Shown here in pieces: positions 28,751 to 37,291 of a DNA stretch of 49,880 nucleotides. Where the stretch lies: assembly GCA_963746775.1 (NCBI GenBank), contig CAVVCK010000002.1, forward strand, positions 497,656-547,535, in the 5' to 3' direction. The notes under the pieces were generated by a model. It had not been told where the DNA came from and made no database searches. It saw only the letters and a program-made list of their open reading frames with translations. A program made the position numbers and the translations under genes. How positions within the stretch are numbered: position 1 is the first letter of the stretch; each line of letters begins with the position of its first letter. Origin of the DNA: an uncultured bacterium. Lineage in GTDB: Bacteria; Patescibacteriota; JABMPQ01; CAVVCK01.

Positions 28751-31291
28751 TTAAGCTTTTTTTTTTGGATTAGATTCACTAGGTTCTTTACTACCTTCTT
28801 TTAATTTATCAAGTATTTCATTTATTTTATCTCTTGCCTCCCCATTGTCTGTCTTATTCGCAACAGTCGTTTTAATATTATCAATATTTCTTGCCCTTCC
28901 ATTTCGTAGTCCCTTTATTATTCCATCTTGAGCTGCATTTGTTAAAGATGTTTCTTTTAATAATTTTTCTAAGTTTTTAATTAACTTATCCCTTTCAGAT
29001 TCTGGTTCATTTTCAACAACATCGCCTGTACCTTCTTCTTCAGCACTATCAGATGCTGCTTCGGAAGGTGTTTCTGTATTTTCCACTGCCTCACTATTTT
29101 CTCCACTTTCAGAAATTGCACTGGATTCCAAAAGTTTAATTTGATCAATTATTTTATCTCTTTCTTCTTCGATTATATTTCTATCAATTTTTCCTTTATT
29201 TTTGTCAATATGTTTATTAACTTCTTGATTAATAAACCGCATCACTCTATCATATTTTCTTGTATCAAGCATGCCCTTAATTTTTTTCAAACTTTTGTCA
29301 CTTAATCCCAAATTTTTCTTTTTTTCTTCTAAAGCAGCTTTTACACTCTCTATTGTTGATTCTTCTTTAGAGGCTTCGCTGTTACCCTCAATAGTTTTAT
29401 TAGGTTCTGATTCATTTTTAGATTCTTCCCCTTCTGCAGATTCTTTTACATTACCATCAACTTCACCATTAGTTCCTCTTTCTTCTTCACTTTCTTTTAG
29501 TATTCTTATCCATACAGCATAAATTATTTGATCTTTATTTTCATCTGCAATCCAATCTTCACCTTTTTTATGTATTAAGTCACCATCTTTATTTCTGATA
29601 TCATTAGTATGCTTCGAAATTGTAAAACTATACTCCCCGCCATCATTAATTCTTCCTTCTCTTAAATTCTTATCATATTTATTTATAACATATACTACTT
29701 CCTTGCCATTGATTTCCTCACCTGGTTTATAAATAAATCCTTTGTCTGTTTTTATAAATGTACCTTTTAATATCTCATCACGTTTTTCACGTCTTTCATT
29801 TTCTACTGGTTCTCTATTACCTCTAGTATCTTCATCTTTATCATTTTCATTATTTCTCTTAGTATCAGCCGGCGCATCTTTTCTAAGTTCTGTTTTTTTC
29901 TTTGGTTCTGAACTTTTTTTAGGACTTTCTTTGCTATTTAGAGCATCAGCAAATTCATGCATTATGTCTCTTTCTTCCTTTCTTTTTATATATTCTTTTG
30001 CACCTAAAGCATCAGCTAATTCTTCAAATATTTTATTAGGATTTTTATCATAAACACTCATATCAGTTTTTTCTTCAGGTTTCTTTGAAGGTTTGACAAA
30101 ATGTTCTTCTCCTACTAAATTTTTTAGTTGTTCTTCATATTCATTTTCTTTTGCTTCCCCACTCTTTAATAAATCGTCTTCCTTGCCCATCAAGATATCT
30201 ATTTTATCAATTATAGTACCTAGGCTTATCTCTGCTTCATCATTATCATTTCTATCAATTTCGTCTTCTATAATTTTTTTAGCCTTACCTCCATCTTTAT
30301 TAATAACAGCTGTTATTAATTCATTAGTCAAACCTTTATTTAAATGACCTACACCAACTGATTTTTTTATACTATTTTTTAATTGTATTATTTTATCCTT
30401 ATTTTCTTCACCAAACGCAGATACCAATAATTCAATGTCTTTTCCTAAATCTTTCCGTTCTTCCTCATCTATTTCAGCTTCAGCAGCAGCACCACCACTA
30501 TCCGGCATTGGCTTATTTGGACCACCGTCTGTTGGTAAATTATCCCCAGTTGGTTGATCTTCTCTTTTTCTCTGCCTATCAATTCTAACACTTGAATTTA
30601 ATAATTCACCCAAAAGCTTTATGGTTTTATCTAGTTCTTTTTCCACTTTTACTATATCATCAACTTTCCAAAGTTTATCCCTTTCTCTCATAAAATCTGT
30701 TCTGCCAAAAGTATTCCAAAAGAATGCTTTGGCTGGACCTTTTTTTGCTTGCATTATTTTTCTTAATCTATGTTTTTTTTCTAAATCTACTCCTTCTTGC
30801 TCATCTTGATTAGCTAAAGCCTCCCATTTTCCTTTGTTAATACCAAAAGCATCACCTAATTTCCACCAGGCTCGTTTAAATAAACCACTTTTTAATTCAA
30901 AGTGTTTTCTGGCAGTTTTATCTTTATTTATTTCATCCTCATTAAGAGCTTCTTTTACTTTATTTAATCCATAATTTCTGTCTATTTCTTCTAATTCTGA
31001 TTTTAAAGTTGTTTCTTGATTAACTTTTTCTTGTTTTTTATTTTTTACTTCCTCAACCGCAGCTAACATTTTATCAATATTACCTCCTCCATTTTTAAAG
31101 GATTCCACCATACTATTTATATCACCACCATTTTGCTCTAAAACAACACCAAGAGATGGCTCTTTTTGCACTAAATCATTCCAGAAAGAAGTGATACCTT
31201 TAGCTAGTTTCTTTTCTTTTGATTCTTCTGGATTTCTTTCATTTTCTGGTGTTGAATCAATATCGTGATTATTAGTTGATGTTTCGGACAT
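28751..31291 (-). CDS. large highly charged hypothetical protein
   Basis: 846 aa, K/E/D/N-rich, no TM or signal. The central non-repetitive segment is GTFIKTDKGFIYKPGEEINGKEVVYVINKYD...IIYAVWIRIL. A helical module is repeated: AVINKDGGKAKKIIEDEI / TVANKTDNGEARDKINEIL. Confidence 0.6.
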   Translation of the reverse strand: MSETSTNNHDIDSTPENERNPEESKEKKLAKGITSFWNDLVQKEPSLGVVLEQNGGDINSMVESFKNGGGNIDKMLAAVEEVKNKKQEKVNQETTLKSELEEIDRNYGLNKVKEALNEDEINKDKTARKHFELKSGLFKRAWWKLGDAFGINKGKWEALANQDEQEGVDLEKKHRLRKIMQAKKGPAKAFFWNTFGRTDFMRERDKLWKVDDIVKVEKELDKTIKLLGELLNSSVRIDRQRKREDQPTGDNLPTDGGPNKPMPDSGGAAAEAEIDEEERKDLGKDIELLVSAFGEENKDKIIQLKNSIKKSVGVGHLNKGLTNELITAVINKDGGKAKKIIEDEIDRNDNDEAEISLGTIIDKIDILMGKEDDLLKSGEAKENEYEEQLKNLVGEEHFVKPSKKPEEKTDMSVYDKNPNKIFEELADALGAKEYIKRKEERDIMHEFADALNSKESPKKSSEPKKKTELRKDAPADTKRNNENDKDEDTRGNREPVENERREKRDEILKGTFIKTDKGFIYKPGEEINGKEVVYVINKYDKNLREGRINDGGEYSFTISKHTNDIRNKDGDLIHKKGEDWIADENKDQIIYAVWIRILKESEEERGTNGEVDGNVKESAEGEESKNESEPNKTIEGNSEASKEESTIESVKAALEEKKKNLGLSDKSLKKIKGMLDTRKYDRVMRFINQEVNKHIDKNKGKIDRNIIEEERDKIIDQIKLLESSAISESGENSEAVENTETPSEAASDSAEEEGTGDVVENEPESERDKLIKNLEKLLKETSLTNAAQDGIIKGLRNGRARNIDNIKTTVANKTDNGEARDKINEILDKLKEGSKEPSESNPKKKA

Positions 31292-31312
31292 TTTTTTTAA
31301 ATTAACATTTTA

Positions 31313-31615
31313 TTAATTATCTAGGGATTTTTTAATTTTCAACTCCTTTTTTTTATTCTCTAAATATTTTTTAATTTCCTCTAATCTTTTTAAAGTATCC
31401 AACCCAACTCTTTGAAATCTTTGAATAGCATTCTCATCTTCTGTAGCTATTTTTTCTAAAGCCCTCTTTAATAATATAACCGTTATTTCATTTTTTAAAT
31501 CCTCAGAAAATTTCCCAAAATTATTTCGTAAAAAATTTTCCAGACTAACTTCATCACCATTTTTTAATAATTTATCAAAATCATTATAAAGTTTTTTATT
31601 TTGATCACTCATCAT
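31313..31615 (-). CDS. hypothetical helical protein
   Basis: 100 aa, charged, no motif recognised; same strand and operon. Confidence 0.45.
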   Translation of the reverse strand: MMSDQNKKLYNDFDKLLKNGDEVSLENFLRNNFGKFSEDLKNEITVILLKRALEKIATEDENAIQRFQRVGLDTLKRLEEIKKYLENKKKELKIKKSLDN

Positions 31616-31823
31616 ATTATTTAGTATTAGTTTATTATATCATATTATGCAATATGTGTCAATTTTACTCTATATTAGCAATTATACCTTTATACTGTAA
31701 GCTTATTAAGCTAATATATTATAAAATATTTAAGTTAATTATAGCACAATTTATCATTTAATCCCAAATATCCTCATAAAATAGAACAATAAATTTTTAT
31801 TTAATTCTCCTTTTTTAAAATAA

Positions 31824-32090
31824 TTAAGCTTTACTCATCGTATTCCATTCGTCATTATCAAATGTAAATATGCTTTTATCACTTAAATCTTGTGAAGGTG
31901 TACTATTTAAAACACTATCAAGGTTATTATCTGTTTCATTAGATTTTTGCAATAATTTCTTTAAACCATTATCCTTTTCAGAATATTTTTCTTTTTCAAA
32001 CATATCATTATCAAATTCTTCAATTATTTCATTTTGTTTTTTTTCTTCTTCAAATTCATCTTCAAATAAATTAATACTTTTGTTTTTCAT
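31824..32090 (-). CDS. hypothetical acidic protein
   Basis: 88 aa, E/D/N-rich. It is the first ORF of the minus-strand cluster. Confidence 0.35.
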   Translation of the reverse strand: MKNKSINLFEDEFEEEKKQNEIIEEFDNDMFEKEKYSEKDNGLKKLLQKSNETDNNLDSVLNSTPSQDLSDKSIFTFDNDEWNTMSKA

Positions 32091-32097
32091 TTTTTTT

Positions 32098-32170
32098 AGA
32101 TGCTAATTGCTAGATTCTACGAATTAATATTTATTAGTATAATTCGTATTCATTCGTATATTAGTATCGA
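32098..32170 (+). repeat. degenerate member of the MITE-like family
   Basis: agatgctaat...tacgaatt...attagtataattcgta...cgtatattagtatcga. The ends are partly decayed. Confidence 0.5.
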
Positions 32171-32173
32171 GTA

Positions 32174-33559
32174 TTATCTATGAATAATAACTGGCGTACC
32201 AATATCAGCCCATTCATACAATATTTTTGCTTCTGGGGTATACATATTTACACAACCATGACTCATAGGATGACCAAAATTATGATGCCAATAAGTACCA
32301 TGAATAGTATAGTCTCCATAAAAAGGTAAAACATACGGCACCCCAGGCAAATTATAACCAGGTCCGGACATAGTAGTAGCTCTTATTTTACTTTGTACAT
32401 AGAATGTACCAGTAGGTGTTGGTAAAGTTAAACCTGAGGAAATTAAATATTCATCTATTTTATGACCATTTTCAAAATACTTTAAAGTTTGATTAGATAG
32501 TGTTACTTCAATATATTTTGGATAATCATATTTAGGAGTTTCATAGGCTATTCTTCCTGGAGCAGTGGTAATTTCTACCACACTACCATGATCTAAATCA
32601 CCAGCAGCCACATCTACTCCACCACGAAATTCTTCAGTATAAGCCATAAAATCAGTCAATAAAGCTTCTCCAGTATATTTAAAAGCTCTCACCTGAGGTC
32701 CCCCATTTTGTCCTGTACCAGTTACAATTTCTGCCTTTTTATCACCATTGATATCGGCCATAGAAATATTAGTACCACCCTTAAATTCATCTGGGTAAGC
32801 TTTGAATTCACCTAAAACTTCGCCTTTAAAATTATAAGTTTTAACCCAAGCTTGGCCAAAATAATGTTGAGAAACAGCTATTTCATCTCTCTTATCGTTA
32901 TCAATATCACCAGCAGCCACATCCACCCCCCCCTTAAAATCAGAAGGGAAAGGAGAAAAATTCATAATAGTTCTACCATCTAATTCAAAAACTTTTACTT
33001 CTGGTCCACCACCATAGCCTGCTCCTGTTATAATTTCATCAACTCCATCGTGATCAATATCCCCGGCAGCGACTCTTACTCCACCCTCAAAGTTTTTATC
33101 ATAGGCTAAAAATTCTGCTAAAATAGTTTTCTCATTATTAATTTTATATACCTTGACCCAAGCTTGCCCTCTAAGGAATTGACCCACAATAAGTTCATCT
33201 TTTCCATCACCATCAACATCACCACTAGCGACATCTACTCCGCCAGTAAATTCCTGAGAAAAAGAAAAAACACTCCAGACTTCTTGGCCCAATTTATTGA
33301 ATATTTTTACATGAGGACCTCCTCCTAGTCCAGCACCAACTGCAATATCACCATAACCATCTCCATTAAAATCTCCGCGAGCAACCCTGGCTCCACCCCT
33401 GAAACCTTCATTATAAGCCATAAAATTTAGATCTTCGTGGAAATTTTGAGAATTAAAGACTTTAACTTGGGGAGCATGATTATCTTGCGCTAATACAAAA
33501 TTACAAGATAATCCTATCCCTACTAAGCAAAACAAGGCTAATAATAGCGCTTTTTTCAT
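32174..33559 (-). CDS. secreted FG-GAP repeat protein fused to a YkuD L,D-transpeptidase domain
   Basis: Signal peptide MKKALLLALFCLVGIGLSCNFVLA. About 6 repeats of GGGP.VK.F.....F.AY...F.GG..VA.GD.D.DG.DEI. The C-terminus has HGT...SHGCVNM, the YkuD catalytic His/Cys. Confidence 0.85.
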   Translation of the reverse strand: MKKALLLALFCLVGIGLSCNFVLAQDNHAPQVKVFNSQNFHEDLNFMAYNEGFRGGARVARGDFNGDGYGDIAVGAGLGGGPHVKIFNKLGQEVWSVFSFSQEFTGGVDVASGDVDGDGKDELIVGQFLRGQAWVKVYKINNEKTILAEFLAYDKNFEGGVRVAAGDIDHDGVDEIITGAGYGGGPEVKVFELDGRTIMNFSPFPSDFKGGVDVAAGDIDNDKRDEIAVSQHYFGQAWVKTYNFKGEVLGEFKAYPDEFKGGTNISMADINGDKKAEIVTGTGQNGGPQVRAFKYTGEALLTDFMAYTEEFRGGVDVAAGDLDHGSVVEITTAPGRIAYETPKYDYPKYIEVTLSNQTLKYFENGHKIDEYLISSGLTLPTPTGTFYVQSKIRATTMSGPGYNLPGVPYVLPFYGDYTIHGTYWHHNFGHPMSHGCVNMYTPEAKILYEWADIGTPVIIHR

Positions 33560-33851
33560 ATATTTAGTTTTAATTTTGTTTTTATTTTATACCCTATACG
33601 GGTTTTTATTTTAAAAATAATATAAATGTTGCAAATTAAGGATAAACTAATAAATAATTTATAAATACTTTTTTATTTCATTTTAATTATATCACATTTT
33701 TAACTTAAAATAAAGACTTACTTAGAAAGATTATTCACAGTTGATCCTTTTTATGGCTTATCTATTGCATTTCAAGATTTAATATTTATTATTAATAAAC
33801 TTTTAGCTTATTCTATACTCAATAAACCATAAAATAAATTAACGTTTACTA

Positions 33852-33880
33852 TTGACAATTATTTTTAAATATGCTATGCT
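33852..33880 (+). promoter_or_regulatory. candidate sigma70-type promoter for the glycosyltransferase
   Basis: TTGACA (33852-33857), a 17-nt spacer, then TATGCT (33875-33880), flanked by two AACGTT palindromes. Confidence 0.4.
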
Positions 33881-33939
33881 TTAACGTTAAAAATGATTAT
33901 GAAATAATTAATTAAAAAGTCAATACTTTAAATAAATTT

Positions 33940-34476
33940 ATGAAAATAGCCATACTGGGATCTAAAGGGATTCCGGCACAATCTGGTGGAATAGAGCGAC
34001 ATGTTGAAGACTTGTCTGTAAGACTAGCTTCTCTTGGACATGAAGTATTTGTCTATTCTAGAAAACGCTATACTAAATACAATAAGAAACAATATAAAGG
34101 AGTAAATCTAATATACCTACCTTCTCTCTCTACTAAGAATTTAGATGCTATAACTCATACTTTTTTAGCAACTATACATTGCTTGTTTAAAAAATATGAT
34201 GTTATTCATTACCATGGTGTTGGTCCTTCAACTCTAGCCTTTATTCCAAGATTACTGAAAAGAAAAGCTAAAATTGTTTCAACTTTCCACTGCCAAGATA
34301 AGTATCATCAAAAATGGGGCAGGATAGCTCGCGCTTATTTAAACTTTGGAGAATATGCTTCTTGTAAATTTCCCCACAAGACCATAGTAATATCTAAAAC
34401 ATTAAAAGAATATTGTAAAAAGAAATTTGATAGAGAAGCTGAATATATTCCTAATGGAATTGAATTTCAGAAGTAA
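33940..34476 (+). CDS. GT4 glycosyltransferase, N-terminal Rossmann half
   Basis: MKIAILGSKGIPAQSGGIERHVEDLS...HYHGVGPS...IPNGIEF. The ORF ends right after the interdomain IPNG motif. Confidence 0.8.
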   Translation: MKIAILGSKGIPAQSGGIERHVEDLSVRLASLGHEVFVYSRKRYTKYNKKQYKGVNLIYLPSLSTKNLDAITHTFLATIHCLFKKYDVIHYHGVGPSTLAFIPRLLKRKAKIVSTFHCQDKYHQKWGRIARAYLNFGEYASCKFPHKTIVISKTLKEYCKKKFDREAEYIPNGIEFQK

Positions 34477-34479
34477 ACA

Positions 34480-34558
34480 CGATGCTAATATACGAATTGA
34501 TGCGAATTATACTAATAATTCATTTGTATAATTAGTATGCATTAGTATATTAGCATCG
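34480..34558 (+). mobile_element. 79-bp MITE-like element with perfect 14-bp terminal inverted repeats
   Basis: cgatgctaatatac (34480-34493) and gtatattagcatcg (34545-34558) are exact reverse complements. The interior has the gaattat-acta-ataattc palindrome and family words. Confidence 0.7.
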
Positions 34559-34570
34559 CAAATTAAATAT

Positions 34571-35209
34571 ATGACAAATCTAAAACAATTTGGTTTAGAG
34601 AAAGATAAATATATAATGACTTGTGCAAGACTTGTAAAACACAAAGGCATTCATTATTTAATAGAAGCTTTTAATTTCTTAAAAGAAGAACAAAGAAACA
34701 ATCCCAAGGTTAAAGAATTGAAATTAGCAATAGTAGGTGATTCTTCTTTTACTGATGATTATGTCAAATATATTAAAAGCCTAGCTCAAAATAACAAAAA
34801 TATCATATTTACTGGCTTTCAAAGTGGAAAAGCGCTAGAAGAATTATATAAAAATTCATATGTCTATGTTCATCCTTCAGAAGCAGAGGGTTTGTCTATC
34901 GCTATTCTCGAAGCTATGAGTTACGGCAAAACAGTTTTAGTGTCTAATATTCCAGAAAATATCGAAGCTTTTGCCGGCAGAGGCTATATGTTTGTAAATA
35001 AAGATGTAGAAGACTTGAAATATAAATTAAAACTGTTATTAGCTAATTCGGAATTAGTTAAAAAGACTGGTAAGAAAGCTTATAAATATGTAAAAGAAAA
35101 TTACAATTGGCAAAATATAACCAAAGATACAGTTAATGTTTATAATGATATTTTGACTATACCAAATTTTAAAATTATTCCGGAGCTTAGTATTAACAAC
35201 AAGTGTTAG
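34571..35209 (+). CDS. GT4 glycosyltransferase, C-terminal Rossmann half
   Basis: CARLVKHKGIHYLIEAF...GF......LY.....YVHPSEAEGLSIAILEAMSYGK is the GT4 donor-binding domain with the E-x7-E motif. Confidence 0.85.
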   Translation: MTNLKQFGLEKDKYIMTCARLVKHKGIHYLIEAFNFLKEEQRNNPKVKELKLAIVGDSSFTDDYVKYIKSLAQNNKNIIFTGFQSGKALEELYKNSYVYVHPSEAEGLSIAILEAMSYGKTVLVSNIPENIEAFAGRGYMFVNKDVEDLKYKLKLLLANSELVKKTGKKAYKYVKENYNWQNITKDTVNVYNDILTIPNFKIIPELSINNKC

Positions 35210-35360
35210 ATTGGAGGTATTAGGAATTATATTAATTACCTAATACCTTATATCTAACACCTTGAATTTAAATAAAAATTATCTTTTGAAAAGTAGGTGT
35301 AAATTTTAAACTTATTTTCCAGGGGGTAAGGCTTTCAAAAATTAAAGTCAGATTCCCGAG

Positions 35361-35394
35361 AACGGGCATTCCGCAAACTATGGAAGCCCGTTTT
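35361..35394 (+). terminator. strong orphan intrinsic terminator
   Basis: AACGGGC(A)UUCC / GGAAGCCCGUU stem with a 9-nt loop, followed by UUUUGAAUUU. No annotated plus-strand gene ends just upstream. Confidence 0.55.
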
Positions 35395-35558
35395 GAATTT
35401 AATAAAAGACATTAGTAATTAGAAAATAGAAATTAGTAAAAATAAATTTTATCTACCAATTACAAATCTCTAATTTCAAATTACATTTATTTTCTTGCAA
35501 TCGTACCTTAAATATAATATCATCTAATTAATACAAAATTTTTACAGACAACATAAAT

Positions 35559-35634
35559 GCGGGTGTCGTATAATGGTTTATTATGTTAGCCTTCCAAGCT
35601 GAAGATGAGGGTTCGATTCCCTTCACCCGCTCCA
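35559..35634 (+). tRNA. tRNA-Gly (anticodon UCC), CCA encoded
   Basis: Acceptor GCGGGUG/CACCCGC, anticodon arm UUAGC-CUUCCAA-GCUGA, T arm GAGGG-UUCGAUU-CCCUU, and a terminal UCCA. Confidence 0.9.
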
Positions 35635-35670
35635 AAGATATAACAAAATTTTTTATAATTTTATCTTCAC

Positions 35671-35994
35671 ATGTCAAAAAAGAAAAAGAAAACTAAAGAA
35701 CAAAAGAAGAAAGCTATTATAAATCGACAGAAATATCTATCAGTTATAAAGAAACCGGAGACAGCTATTGAAACAAGACAAGTGGAGATAGTTAAAGAAA
35801 CTTCTAAATCTATTCAAAAAATAGAGGTTCCTAAAGAAAATAATGAAAATAAGTTTGTTATTTCTAATATAAAAAGATCTGTTGCCTATACTATTGTATT
35901 TGTATTAATCATTTTTGTATTATATTTTATGGAATCACAAATACATTTCTTTAGTGGTGTTTTTAGTAATCTTGTCTCTGCCTTGACTAAGTAA
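35671..35994 (+). CDS. hypothetical protein, Lys-rich N-terminus and C-terminal TM
   Basis: 107 aa with a TM segment VAYTIVFVLIIFVLYFM. Confidence 0.4.
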   Translation: MSKKKKKTKEQKKKAIINRQKYLSVIKKPETAIETRQVEIVKETSKSIQKIEVPKENNENKFVISNIKRSVAYTIVFVLIIFVLYFMESQIHFFSGVFSNLVSALTK

Positions 35995-36139
35995 ATTCAA
36001 TTTAATAGAATCTATATTCTAGATTGAAGCTAAATAGCTTCAATTTTTAATTACATTTCTTAGATATTAAGTTACGTAAGATAGAATAGAATAGAATATA
36101 TTATTCTTCTCTATTTAAACAATTAAACTTATAAATATA

Positions 36140-36466
36140 ATGATAAAAACATTCTTAATAATTTTATTAGTAACATCAATAATAGCAGCCATAGCTTATT
36201 ATTTTAAATTAAATAAAATAAATAAGAATAAATCTAGAGTTCATAAAAAAATGCAGGAAAGAAAAGAAATGACCATGGAGAGAATCTTAAAATTATTTGA
36301 AAATAAAGAAAGAATTACCAATCAAGAAGTGCAGTCGATATTATTAATTGAGGAATTGGAAACTAACGAATACTTAATAAGACTAGAAAATGATGGGAAA
36401 ATTAAAAAAATGGGTGAGAATAATAACATATATTATATTAGAGTTGAAGAAGAAAAGAAGAAATAA
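36140..36466 (+). CDS. hypothetical membrane-anchored winged-helix-like protein
   Basis: N-terminal TM segment IKTFLIILLVTSIIAAIAYYF, then ITNQEVQSILLIEELETNEYLIRLENDGKIKK (wHTH-like). Confidence 0.45.
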   Translation: MIKTFLIILLVTSIIAAIAYYFKLNKINKNKSRVHKKMQERKEMTMERILKLFENKERITNQEVQSILLIEELETNEYLIRLENDGKIKKMGENNNIYYIRVEEEKKK

Positions 36467-36477
36467 CGTATAGATAT

Positions 36478-36505
36478 TAAAAGACCTTCTAAATAAGGTC
36501 TTTTT
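36478..36505 (+). terminator. intrinsic terminator
   Basis: aaaagacctt / aaggtctttt stem followed by a T5 run. Confidence 0.7.
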
Positions 36506-36569
36506 TAGAAATAGATATTTTCAATCTTTAAATTAGCTAAACAATACTTTAATCAAATATATTGGTATA

Positions 36570-36598
36570 TTGACATATCTTCTTTTTATGCTATAATA
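36570..36598 (+). promoter_or_regulatory. perfect consensus sigma70 promoter with no downstream ORF
   Basis: TTGACA (36570-36575), a 17-nt spacer, then TATAAT (36593-36598). Confidence 0.5.
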
Positions 36599-36819
36599 AT
36601 ATAATTATCTTGTTTAGCATAAAGAGCTCGTTTCCAAATGCTATACGGCTGGGCATTCTAAAGGGAGCTGATTATTTCAATCTACCTCTACTCCCTTAAA
36701 ACACCTCAATTTAAATTATTTTGTATATTAATAATTACGACTAATACTTAAAACTTCCACACAAGATTTATATTAAAATAAATCTTTTTTATTGTTATGT
36801 TGTTTTCTTGATTTACCCC

Positions 36820-36850
36820 TGTGGATAAACCCCTGCATTTCTGTGGATAA
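36820..36850 (-). promoter_or_regulatory. two perfect DnaA boxes (TTATCCACA)
   Basis: tgtggataa occurs at 36820-36828 and 36842-36850, the reverse complement of TTATCCACA. The two copies are direct repeats 22 bp apart. Confidence 0.6.
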
Positions 36851-36876
36851 AAGGTGCGTAAAAGTAGGATAATTGT

Positions 36877-37218
36877 TTAGTTTACCGTTTTAATCTTTTT
36901 TATAAATCCTTGTTTAGGCTGTAATATGCTAAAATTTAAAAATGTTCCACGTGGAACATTTTTAAATGAAATAATTTGAAACCCATACTTATCTATTTCT
37001 TCTTTGGGCCAAAATTTAATATCTTTTATTTTTAAAACATATTTAACTTTCTTTTCTATAATTCTTCCAGTATATTTTCTAGTTTCCGGATCCCATTCTT
37101 TTAAAACTAAAATGTCTCCTTCTCTACATTTAAAATCAGCCAGCCTTAATTCGAAATTCTTTTCTTTGTCTAATATTTTTTCAAAATATTCAGGCCACAC
37201 TTTCTTTTCTATTTCCAT
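36877..37218 (-). CDS. DUF3850 / ASCH-like PUA-fold protein
   Basis: KVWPEYFEKILDKEKNFELRLADFKCREGDILVLKEWD...YTGR matches the DUF3850 pattern. The last ~25 codons run through parS site 1. Confidence 0.7.
   Translation of the reverse strand: MEIEKKVWPEYFEKILDKEKNFELRLADFKCREGDILVLKEWDPETRKYTGRIIEKKVKYVLKIKDIKFWPKEEIDKYGFQIISFKNVPRGTFLNFSILQPKQGFIKKIKTVN
36943..36958. promoter_or_regulatory. parS-type site 1
   Basis: TGTTCCACGTGGAACA embedded in a 34-bp perfect palindrome (36934-36967). Confidence 0.75.
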
Positions 37219-37250
37219 TATTTTGGCTTAATATATACTAATCAAGGAAA

Positions 37251-37266
37251 TGTTCCACGTGGAACA
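37251..37266. promoter_or_regulatory. parS-type site 2
   Basis: TGTTCCACGTGGAACA with left flank AGGAAA; intergenic. Confidence 0.75.
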
Positions 37267-37291
37267 TTAAGAATATTTTCAATTTTTTATT

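Noticed and set aside
29271-30809. Four plus-strand ORFs (83, 103, 84 and 62 aa) inside the 846-aa gene, and similar antisense ORFs inside pnp, gyrA, ftsH, rpsA, tilS and prs
   Set aside because: They are Ser/Phe/Leu-rich mirror frames of Lys/Glu-rich or conserved genes on the opposite strand. None has independent signals.
36467-36876. Calling this spacer oriC
   Set aside because: There are only two DnaA boxes and no dnaA or dnaN nearby, and the flanking genes converge on the spacer instead of diverging. I kept it as a finding, not as an origin annotation.
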